Source: Lama glama (taxonomy: Eukaryota). Taken from it: a stretch of DNA of 64,000 nucleotides. Under the pieces are notes generated by a model. It had not been told where the DNA came from. It saw only the letters and a list, made by a program, of their open reading frames with translations, and ran no database searches. The first letter of the stretch is position 1, and each line of letters opens with the position of its first letter. The position numbers and the translations under genes were made by a program. The DNA lies in contig CM052817.1 in NCBI GenBank assembly GCA_028534125.1, forward strand, positions 62,312,001 to 62,376,000. Reading direction: 5' to 3'. Positions 1 to 10,901 of this stretch are shown here, piece after piece.

Positions 1-29
1 TAATCACATATGCCTTGTGCCTTCTTAAA

Positions 30-230
30 CAGCCAAGCACCATGCCATGTGCTTTAAAACAGTTCATTTATTCCCCAAAAAACACTATGAGGTTAATAGT
101 ATCCTATTTTATAAATTAAGAAACTGAGACTTGCTGACATTAGATTACTTTCTTAAGCTTAGGCATCAGAAAGTACAAGAGCCAGGAATTAACCTTAAGT
201 CATTCAGACTCTAAAACTTATACTCCTGCC
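30..230 (-). mobile_element. MIR SINE
   Basis: Degenerate reverse MIR core (ttttataaattaagaaactgag...agagccaggaatt...cagactcta). Confidence 0.65.
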
Positions 231-374
231 AGTATATAAACCTTTAAAATTTAATTCTCCAGACTTCGTCCAAGAGACAATCATGTTACTTCATGACAGC
301 ATTCAGATTAGTTACTCATTTAGTCTAGGAGTGCTTTCTAAGTACCTTAGGTGAACTCTCTGTAGGAGAAGAAA

Positions 375-568
375 TGATTAAGGGCATCAGAATCTCAGAT
401 ATAAATCCTGCTTGAGCAAATTACTTACTGTCTCTGTGTTTCAGTTTACTCATCGACGCAGAGGTAATTATTCACCTCACAGGCCATCATAGAGATTGTG
501 ATATTCCATGTGATAGTATCTGACACATAGCAAAGAAGAGTTTTAAAAATGGATTATTATGCTATTGT
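375..568 (+). mobile_element. MIR SINE
   Basis: ttgagcaaattactta...tctctgtgtttcagtttactcatc...tctgacacatag matches the MIR core and 3' end. Confidence 0.65.
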
Positions 569-694
569 TAGGGACAGAGTCCTGCACTATGTAGGAAAAA
601 ATGAACAGATAGTTTAAAATCTAACCGAGGAGACAAAAGACCAAAATATAAAATGATTTTAGGACAGTTACAATGCATGTTAAAAATTATGAAA

Positions 695-696
<2 letters not shown>

Positions 697-741
<45 letters not shown>
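697..741. repeat. (AT)n microsatellite running into gap
   Basis: Perfect AT dinucleotide run. Confidence 0.95.
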
Positions 742-1241
742 NNNNNNNNNNNNNNNNNNNNNNNNNNNNNNNNNNNNNNNNNNNNNNNNNNNNNNNNNNN
801 NNNNNNNNNNNNNNNNNNNNNNNNNNNNNNNNNNNNNNNNNNNNNNNNNNNNNNNNNNNNNNNNNNNNNNNNNNNNNNNNNNNNNNNNNNNNNNNNNNNN
901 NNNNNNNNNNNNNNNNNNNNNNNNNNNNNNNNNNNNNNNNNNNNNNNNNNNNNNNNNNNNNNNNNNNNNNNNNNNNNNNNNNNNNNNNNNNNNNNNNNNN
1001 NNNNNNNNNNNNNNNNNNNNNNNNNNNNNNNNNNNNNNNNNNNNNNNNNNNNNNNNNNNNNNNNNNNNNNNNNNNNNNNNNNNNNNNNNNNNNNNNNNNN
1101 NNNNNNNNNNNNNNNNNNNNNNNNNNNNNNNNNNNNNNNNNNNNNNNNNNNNNNNNNNNNNNNNNNNNNNNNNNNNNNNNNNNNNNNNNNNNNNNNNNNN
1201 NNNNNNNNNNNNNNNNNNNNNNNNNNNNNNNNNNNNNNNNN
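742..1241. other. Assembly gap (500 N)
   Basis: Run of N. Confidence 1.
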
Positions 1242-2819
1242 TTTTTTTTTGATTCTTACTTTCTCCCAGGGGACTTTGTTTCTTCATATCCCCTTGACAG
1301 AACCAATGCTAGATGTCTTTTAAGGTCCCTTTATTCTGGTCTTCCAGTCCTTTTTCATTGACTCATTTTTTCAAAGCGGCATATGACTTATTTGCAGTTT
1401 TCACAATTCTAAGACTCACTTTGCAATACACTCAGTACGTATCTAATAGGATTTGTAACTTCCTCAAAGGCCTCCATCGCAATAGATCACTTTGCTCCAG
1501 GAAGTCACAGCCTCTGAACACCTTTAGCACAATTATAGTCCTTTTGGTACTGGGCTTAAGTAGAGCAGATATGTTTAAGGATTCATTAGGGAGCCCCATG
1601 TCCTTTTTCATTATGCAAAAGAGTTAAAAGTCTACTCCTAAAAGTATGAAAACTTTGGACTTACTGATGTTATCACATACATCATAGTTGTTCACCTCCA
1701 CCACTCAGTGGATCTGCCCTCTTCAGCTTAAGCTTGGTGTGTCATGTGGCCTCTGAAGATAAAGCTAATTAATACAAAATTCATGTGTTCTCTTTATTCC
1801 TAGATCATGGAGGCCCTTTACAATAAGCAAACAGGGTTCCCTGATTCTCAAATATCCAATTCAAGAAAGTGGTCAAAATATAATCCTTGAGTTTTTCTGC
1901 ATAATTGAGTCTTTTCTTCATTCCTCAGACAAAATGTCCTGGCAGAGAGTGTGGCTTGATTACCAAAATCTCATCATATCACAATGTCCTTTCATTCTTT
2001 CTTAGGCATTCCCATGTGTTTATCTTGTTTTTTTTTTTTTCCTTTCCCCTCAAAAAAGAGCTTTATTGTAGTCTGACTGCAGAAGACATCATTTTGTGTA
2101 AAATGTACCCATTACCAGATTTAATTTGCACCTGTTAAAATGTCAAAGAATGACCCACCTTGAATTTGACCTGGAATATTCCAAGATGATGAAGTTTTTA
2201 ATTCTCTTAAAAGTGGCAAGGATTTTCTTCATGGCTGTACTGACTATCAAGTGTTTTTCTTAAAGTCATGTCTCTTGCCCATATACTCTTCTAGTCCTAT
2301 AATTGCTTTACACAAATATATTTTATATAAAATATTTAAAAGAATATAATTTGTTTTCAAAATTTTATATTTTGTTCTTTTTCTAACTCTACACTGAGTT
2401 GCAAAATTATCACCTATTCATCATTAATCCTTTAATATATCTACATTTAATATTCTAGTCTATTCAAATAGAATTAAAATGTATTAATAAAAATTTCTAA
2501 TAGGTTAAATATATCAAGAAACAATAACATAAAAGTAAGCATACACATTAGTCTAGAGCAAACATGTACACATACTTTCTAGGCATTTTACCAAGGTAAT
2601 TATTTTTTCTGTATAAAGTAGTACTTAGTGAAACACAATCCAATGGAAATTTTAATATCTTTATTACTATCAAAGGCCGCCAAAGTAGAATATATCAACA
2701 TTTCCTTTAAAGTTTGTTATTTATAAACAGTATTTGAACTCATGTATAGTCATATATTTTCTTTACCATCTGATTATGTCAGAACGATTAAATAAGCCTG
2801 ATGATTTTGAAGACATCTT

Positions 2820-2972
2820 TTTTTTAAGTGAATACTACCTCTTTTTTTTTTTTTTCTGAGAGGGAGGTAATTAGGTTTACTTATTTATTTTTAGAGGAGG
2901 TAATGGGGATTGAACTGAGGACCTTGTGCATGCTAGGCATGTGCTCTCCCACTTGAGCTATATCCTCCCCTC
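2820..2972 (-). mobile_element. tRNA-derived SINE (camelid Vic-1-like)
   Basis: Reverse tRNA-like head (ggggattgaac...catgctaggcatgtgctctcccacttgagctatatcctcccc), poly-T tail, and TSD TGAAGACATCTT (2808-2819) / TGAAAACATCTT (2973-2984). Confidence 0.8.
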
Positions 2973-4904
2973 TGAAAACATCTTGAAATCATCACAAAAT
3001 AATTCCAAAGGATAAAATTCACAATCTTTTTGTTGACAAATACTATTTGCAAGTGTGACATATCATACTCTATCTCTTTATTCTCAAGGTGGACAGAACA
3101 GTCTCATAGAGGTAGGAGAACTTAAGGGAATATGGATCATGGGTCATTTGAAAACACTATTTTCCCCTTTTTCAATATCCCCAAATACAGTTGAAAATCA
3201 CTGATATGTTGTAATTCCTTTGGTGCACTTCACAACTTTTTTTAAAGCAATGATTGGAAATGCTCTTAAATCCCAAATAATCAAGTAAAATTTGTCTAAG
3301 TTTGAACTTGATATTCAGACATGCAATGATGGTAATAGTACTCTCTCTTAGATGTGACAGGTAACACATTCTCTCATTGATAGTAGTAAACCCTAGGGAG
3401 AAGCCAAATATTCTATCCAAATCACCTATACCGTAGAACGATGTAGCCTGTATGGCTCAAAATAAAACACATTATAAAAAAATAAGTGTTTTACAAATTC
3501 CTTAGCTTAAGCAGAGTTTTGCTGAACCCAGTGGCTCCATCTCATCTTGAAAGCCCATCACCTGTCTGGCTGATTCTCCCAACCTCAGGCTCTAATTCAT
3601 GACATTTCTTTGAGGATAGTAATTAAACTACAACTTAAAATAAATTAATTTAAGCCCCAAATTGAGCCGTTCGTTTATTCCAGTCATTGGAGATTATACT
3701 GATATAAATGATGCTCAGAAAGTTCATCTGTTAAGAAAAAACATGTTAAATTAAATGTTAGAAACTATACTCTGTGCCAGGGAGCGGATGTGGTCAGCGT
3801 TCTCTTTTGGGCCTAAATTATTTACTTAAGGGCAAGTAAACAGAAGACAAACCAAAACTTCCAAATTCTAGAATACTAGTTCCTGTATTATTACTATGTA
3901 CTGTCAATTATTTGCATGTAATGTATTTTTAAAGAGCTCGTTTAACTTTATTTGCACCTTCCCGAACTTGCAGTGTGGGTTTTGGAATTGAATTTTAGGC
4001 AGATAATCTATTACAGTGATTAAAAATATTGATTTTAATGCAATTCAAGCCTGGGTTCCAGAATCACCTCTTAACCAATTATCAGTTTTATAACCTTTAG
4101 TAACTAAAAATTTGTCTTTCCTTTTCCTCACTTGTAAATTCAGGATGTCATACCAGCATCACAGGGCTGTTTAGTATTAAGTAACACAAGGAGAGTAGAG
4201 CTCTTTGCTCATAGTAAGGAGTCAGTGAGTGGTAGTTATTTTGTTGTAATTATTTTATTATCTCTAAAGAATTTTTCTAGAGATGAAAATTAAAGAAAAA
4301 CAAAACAGCAGAATGTCAGTTGTACTGGAAAATGCACTGCACAAAAATCAGAAGATGGGGCGTTAGTTTTGATTCCTATAAGAACTTAATAGCTTCATTC
4401 AATGACTGTAGAAACCAATTAAACTGGGTTTTGTTTGTTCATTTCCTCATTTATAGAATGGGATAATGATATTTGAGTCCCCAACTCAGTTAGTTGTGAG
4501 GGTAGTCAGATAACTTTTGGGAAGTTATGTTGAAAAGTATCAACATCTATCATATTTAGTGTCAAGTAGAAAAATGATTAGAATTGATATGAAACCAATT
4601 ATATTATCAGTATTTTAAAATTATGAAATAATGTACACACATGAAAGAACATAATGTAACATATAAAGTTTAAACTGCAATAATAAAATTATGAGAGCAC
4701 TCAACCAGAAAAAGAGCATTACTGTTGCAGGTCCCAGTGTGCCCTGTTTCCAAAACTCTGTCCTGGCTTGCCCCCAAAGATGAGAAGCAACAGGCCTTTG
4801 ATTTTGTGCTTATTGTTATCATGTGCATATATTTATTATCATCAATAATACATTTAAAATTTATTAAAATGATAATACACTTTGGATACTCTTCCGTAAC
4901 ATTA

Positions 4905-5560
4905 AAAAACCCTGGTTTATTGTGATCCAATTCATGAATTCCAAAATTCACCTATTTAAAGTATCTAATAGTTTTTAGCATATTCAGACTTATGCAACCA
5001 TGGACACAGTCTAATTTTAGAACATTTTAGAACATCACTCCCCAAAGAAACACTGTACTCATTAGCAGTCACTCCCTATACCTCCTCACAGCCTATAGCC
5101 CTGTGCAATCACGAATCTATGTTCTGTGTGACTTGCTTTTTACTCATTATTATGCTTCTGAAATTCATCTGTGTTGATGCAAGTAACATTAATTCATTTT
5201 CATTGTTGATTTTCTTTTAGTCTGCTTAACCTAGCAGCTTCTGTGAGAGATGTATTAAAATCTCCACTGATAATGATTGATTTTTCAATTTTGAAGTCAC
5301 ATTATTAAGGACATACACATTTAGAATGATTAGATTCCTGATGGTTTGAAAGTTTTATTTTCATATAGTGATCAATATCTCTTGAAGTACTTTTTGCTTT
5401 AAACTCTCTTTTATTTGATATTAATAGAGTTACATCAACTTTTTTCTGACTATTGTTTGCATGTATGTCTTTTTCTACACTTTTACTTATGATTCAGGTG
5501 TGCCTCTTATAAAGAGTATACTGGCTGGTATTTATCAAATTTTGAAAAACATTTTTCTTT
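4905..5560 (-). mobile_element. Ancient L1M fragments (3' end plus ORF2 endonuclease-region piece)
   Basis: L1MB-type 3' end (aaaattcacctatttaaagt...ttttagaacatt...cattagcagtcactcc), then tgtattaaaatctcc...tttgatattaatagag typical of reversed L1M ORF2 start. Confidence 0.7.
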
Positions 5561-5879
5561 TGAGAGAATTTAAGGGTAGAAATTTAATCAACTTATAGAT
5601 GTATACATATGGATGTGTGTAGATTTATATATATTTATCTTAGATTTTCTGGTCTGGCCTATGTTGGCTTACCTCGTCAATAGGCAACATAAAAAAGTTT
5701 CATTCTTTTGGGTGGTTGATGTACTAGCCTTTGCTGAGAATATTTTTATATCTCAGCAAAGCAGGTGTCTAATCAAAGGGGAGCTAATGGTATTAGTTTA
5801 GTTAATTCATTTCCCAATTTAATCTCAAAATGGAAGCCTTCAATATAAATGTTTCACAAATTGGAAGCAACACAATTTC

Positions 5880-6193
5880 GAGCACTTCCTGTAAACCCTT
5901 GAACAGTACTAGGAAACAAATTTAAGCTGTCTAGGCAACTTTTTAGAGGCAATACATGTGGGTGCTAGAGGCCAAGTGTGTGTATTAATAATACAAACTA
6001 TGTTTATCTATAAATGCTATTTTGAGCTGAGGTTTCCAGACTTCTGAGCAAAACTCAGTTTGTGTAAACAAAAACAGAAGTTTCAGGAAGCAAGTTGGGA
6101 TATACAATCTGAGTAGATTTAAAATTAAGAAACATTTTCCAAGACATCTGAGTGCAAACTGCTTCACTGAAGAACAATTTCTAGCAGGTAAGA
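5880..6193 (+). promoter_or_regulatory. Candidate RFX/ETS regulatory element with downstream splice donor
   Basis: CACTTCCTGT (ETS) 5883-5892; X-box-like GCTGTCTAGGCAAC 5926-5939 plus half-site CTAGGAAAC nearby; donor CAG|GTAAGA at 6188. Confidence 0.3.
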
Positions 6194-6569
6194 AGATTTT
6201 AGAATCATACAGATCCAGATTAGAGCCTGGAGCTATATTTTATCAATCTTTGTGCATTGTTGACTTCTTTTCCACATCTGTAAAATGGAGACACTAACAA
6301 TACTTATCACATCAGTTTCACATTTTTATTTTTTGATAAAAATACTCAGAAATTTCATTATTGTTTTATTTCTAAAATGTATTGAATATTAACTCTGTAC
6401 TAAGCATGTTACTAAATGTTTGTCTTGAGTTACTGGATTTAATCTCGCCCAAATTCATGGGTGTGTACCATTATTGTCCCTATTATTCAAATAAGGCAAT
6501 AGAGCTAGAATTGGAACTCTTGTCTAATTTCTTAAATGCTGTGCAATGTTATCTCATAGTACTATATTA

Positions 6570-7180
6570 TATCCTGGTTTTCTTCTTACTCTAATGAACT
6601 CTTTCATTACACCTCTTCTAATAGTTTTTCTTTTACCTGTTAACTATGGACACTCCTCTACTCCCATTTATCCTCACCTGTCTCCTTATCTCATTATCTC
6701 ATCTAACCTATGTCTTTAGCATTCTCCTTTATTGTTCTTAAATTTACATCTCCAGACTTAAAGGCCCTCTTGTATTTCAGATTCTTATCTTCAACTACTT
6801 GCCGAATAGAACCACCTTGATGTCTTCACACTTCAAATTCATTATGTCGGAACCTAAACTCATCTTTGCTCACAAAACTACTTCTGGCTAGGATATTGGT
6901 ATTCTCTTAATCACTTGAGTATGAAACCTAAGAAACTTCTTTGACTTGTTTTTCTTTGAGACTAACACTCAGCCACTTGTGAGCCCTCCTTTACAGCTAC
7001 ACTGCTGTGTTTTTCCTGTTTCTCCTCCACTTTCTAGTTCTTATGCATCTAATCTGTCTCATAACATCATTATCTGGGCTATCCTCAGTAGCTCTTGACT
7101 GATCTCCCTCATCTATTAGCTACTCTTCTTTTGATCCAATCAATATATAACTTCCAGATGAATTTATCCTAAAGCCCATC
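6570..7180 (+). mobile_element. L2 LINE fragment
   Basis: C/T-rich degenerate L2 3' region (cttcaaattcattatgtcggaacctaaactcatc...). Confidence 0.6.
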
Positions 7181-8382
7181 TCTAATCTTTTAGATGAAAA
7201 CAAAAGAACGAAAGCTACCTATTAACACTACAGGGTCCTTTTACCAACCAACTTTAGATCAATATTTTAAGAGGACTCTTTTACACTGTCAAGACCATTT
7301 ATAATTTGATTCAAAGCCATCTTCTCTTCCACAAGCTCTTTTTAGAAGTAGATCACTCTGCTGGCAAACTAGACTATTTCCACTTTTTAAGCATATATTA
7401 TTCTTTTAAAAATGTGTCACATGGTTTTCTAATTCTATTCTCTCACTCTCTCCACCTTTCTTCATTATCTACCTTACCCAAATAAATATCTGATAATATT
7501 ACCTCCTTTCTAATAGGAATTTATATATCTTTTATGAAATACAGTATAATTTACCTATTTTGTTTTGTGTGGATATGTCTTATCTCATCTATTAAATTGT
7601 GATGGAGAAGAGAACCAACATTTAATGAGGACTCCAATGGAGCAAGCACAGTATCTTCTCAAGACCTACATGTAACACCATTAATTTAATTTTACAGATA
7701 GGGAGATCCAGAAAGGCCTAGTAACCACTGGTGTTTTGAATTCTATGAACATTTTCAATTGACAAAATTCTAGTAAAATTTAATCTAACATCCGAATTTC
7801 CATGTATTGAAACAAGAATGGTTCCTTAGGTCTTGCCACAACACACCTGTTTCTTACTGGATTTTTTGTAACAAAGACATTTGCAGTGGCAAGTCTGAGC
7901 TGTGACTGAAAATTTGCTTATTTGACTTTGTTCTAATTTTTGTCAACATTACTAAGGAGTGACTTCTGGCCCTTTCACATGACAGTTCTAAATTCAATGA
8001 GGAATATAGTTACAGTTCTGTAAGTATCACTTTGGCATTTTATGTTTTGTAGGAAAGCACTTTTACATTGCAGTTCATAGGAGTTTGAGTTTTTTAAATG
8101 CCAACTAGCGACACAGAAAAGAGACTTCCTAGAGAAAACACCAAGTTTCAAATTCAGCATTGGATTCTTAGGGGTTGCTATGAAGAATGAGGACATTATT
8201 TGATGAAAGACCATAGAGCTCTAGCTTGTTTATTTATTGCCTCACAGCAGAAAGGATGGGATAACATTTGAAAAAGAAAAAAAAAAAAGGAGTGGTTCTG
8301 TACTTTACTTCCCCTATAATCTACTTACATATATGATGACCTGGAACATTAGACAGCATGTAGGAATCAAAATAAGCACAGC

Positions 8383-8999
8383 TCTTATTAAACTTATAAG
8401 CTTTTGCACAGTAAAGGAAACCATAAACAAAATGAAAAGGCAACCTACGGACTGGTAAAATATACTCGTGAATGATGCAACTGACAAGGGTTTAACTTCC
8501 AGAATATATAAACAGCTCATACAACCCTGCAACAAAAAAACAAACTACCCAATCAAAAAATGGGCAGAAGACCTAAATGGAAATTTCTCAATGAAGACAT
8601 ACAGATGGCCAACAGTCACATGAAGAGGCACTCAATATGGCTAACTATCAGAAAATGCAAATCAAAACTACAGGGATTTATCACCTCATACCAGCTAGAA
8701 TGGCTATCATTAAAAAGCCCACATAAATAAAATGCTGGAGAGGGTATGAAGAAAAGTGAACCCCTCTACACTACTGATGGGAATACAGTTTGGTGCAAAC
8801 ACTATGGAAAACAGTATGGAGATTCCTTAAAAACTAAAAATAGTCTTCACCATGTGATTCAGCAATCCCACTCCTAGGCAAATATTCAGCTTAAACTCCA
8901 ATATGAAAAGACACGCACACCTCAGTGTTCACAGTAGCATTATTTACAGTAGCCAAGACATGAAGCAACCTAAATGTCCATCAGTAGGTGACTGGATAT

Positions 9000-9030
<31 letters not shown>

Positions 9031-9478
9031 ATGGAATACTACTCAGCTATAAAAAAGAATGAAATAATGCCATTTGCAGCAAAATAGATGGACGTAGAGA
9101 TTATCATACTAAGTGAAATAAATCAGAGAAAACGAAATATCATATGATATCACTTATATGTGGAATCTTAAAAAAATGACACAAATGAACTAATTTACAA
9201 AACAGAAAGAGACTCACAGACTTAGAAAAGAAACTTATGGTTATGAAAGAGGAAAAGGAGAGGCATAAATTGGGAGATTTGGATTAGATATATATATACA
9301 GAATAGATAAAAAACAAAGTCCTATTGTATGGCACAGGGAACTATATTCAATAACTCATAATAAGTTATAATGAAAAAGAATATGGAAAAGAATATATAT
9401 GTATAACTGAATTACTATGCTGTATACCAGAAACTAACACAACATTGTAAATCAACTATATTTCAATTCAAAAAAGTT
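8383..9478 (+). mobile_element. 5'-truncated L1 (ORF2 C-terminus plus 3' UTR), relatively young
   Basis: Encodes ...IKLISFCTVKETINKMKRQPTDW; typical L1 3' sequence (aaaaaatgggcagaagacctaaa, caatcccactcctagg, aaatcaactata) ending in an A-rich tail; internal (CA)n at ~9001-9022. Confidence 0.95.
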
Positions 9479-10056
9479 CAAAACAGACACACCTGGGAAA
9501 TAGCAATTTCTATATATATTGGTAAATTATGATGAATGGAGGTATACATTGAAGATGTGAATGTTTTAGAGATGGATTATATCAGTCTATTTCATAATCT
9601 AGAAAGAACAACAAGTTCAGGAAAATCAAGTTTTTGCAACAAACATTTAGACACAGCATGGCTAAAGATTTTTCTCGAGTTATTGTTGCAATATAATCAG
9701 TCTTGATGACATATTAGTAATAAATAAATTATAAAGATGGCTTTTACTTATCACATAGAGATTGTTTCTATGGTATTTTTGGAATTTAAATGTCAACAGT
9801 TATGGTAGCTTTAAGCAGGCACGGGCTGCTGATGTTGGCACAGAAATACTGATAATTAAAGTCTCATCATAGTGTAAGGTTTACTGTTCCTATCTTCATT
9901 CAGGAAAAAAGTTAAATGATTTCATTTTCACTGCAATTGTTTCTCTATTTTTTATTGTTTTCCTAAAACAGCATAGTATATGATCCAAAAACACAAAATA
10001 AAGACAACAAAAAACCCTGTCTAACTGGCTGTTGCTGACATTTTGCTTTTTATCAG

Positions 10057-10095
10057 AAAGCAGACTCAATTAAGAACAACTCGAAGACACTTTTG
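10057..10095 (+). other. Candidate 39-nt plus-strand exon
   Basis: Branch-like gctgac, pyrimidine tract ttttgctttttatcag| and donor TTG|GTAAGC. Parent gene not identified. Confidence 0.3.
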
Positions 10096-10389
10096 GTAAG
10101 CACTCTATCCTTAAATAAAGACACCCCAATAAGTTAGCAATTTTATATTTCATAGTTGGTCCTGAGAGGAAAAACCCAGGCATATATTTCTCATTACATA
10201 GTTATGAAAGAGTATGATCTTAAGCTAACAGATAGTGACAAACCATGTGGAGTTTGTTGTGTCTTTGAATGAGATTATTTATCACTGTGCATTCATATAT
10301 GTGGTGAATCACTTTTAAAACAAGAAAACCCCATACAAAGACAAAGACATTGTTTTTTGAAGCTGTTAGCAGGTAAATTGACAAGTTCA

Positions 10390-10800
10390 GCATGGAAACT
10401 TCTATCATTGGTCCCTTCCCACTCATTTTTTCCCTGATTTATTTCCTCCTTGACTACGACTTTAACTATCACTATACACTGACATTAATAAAATTCCAAC
10501 TAAGATTTCAAATCATGCTCTATTCTGAACTCCAGACTGCTAAATCCTATTACAGGCAAACCTTTTATTGCACTTCACATTATTGTACTTCACAGATATT
10601 GCATCTTTTCGCAAAGTGGAGCATCTGGGGCCATCTCAGAGGAAGCCTACTGTATGTACCAACTAAACAATTCCTTCCAGTGTTTAATAGGCACTTGAAA
10701 GTCAACATGTCCAGAAATGACTTCATTGCTGTTGCTCTGAAAACTGCTTCTCCTTCAGTGAGCTCTATTTTGAATATAGGTCATAGATCGTTATCTACAT
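10390..10800 (+). mobile_element. L2 fragment interrupted by a Tigger1-like end (~10551-10625)
   Basis: L2 motifs tctgaactccagact and ttaataggcacttgaaagtcaacatgtcc; tacaggcaaaccttttattgcacttcacattattgtacttcacagatattgc resembles the Tigger1 5' terminus. Confidence 0.65.
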
Positions 10801-10901
10801 AGTTTCTCCGTATGTGTGTATGCTTTTTCTGTATGCATATTCACTAAAGTTTCTTAAAAATTATAATTTTTTTCTTGTATGAAGGGCTGTTTAATTTAAG
10901 C

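Noticed and set aside
568..1323. Long ORFs of 216-239 aa
   Set aside because: Artefacts of the N gap and the (AT)n repeat.
1803..1890. Plus-strand acceptor (ttctctttattcctag) followed by a short frame
   Set aside because: No donor or recognisable peptide; insufficient support.
2895..2970. tRNA-like sequence
   Set aside because: Head of a SINE with tail and TSD, not a tRNA gene.
10392..10802. 136-aa plus-strand ORF
   Set aside because: Lies within L2 and Tigger1 fragments; no coherent protein signature.
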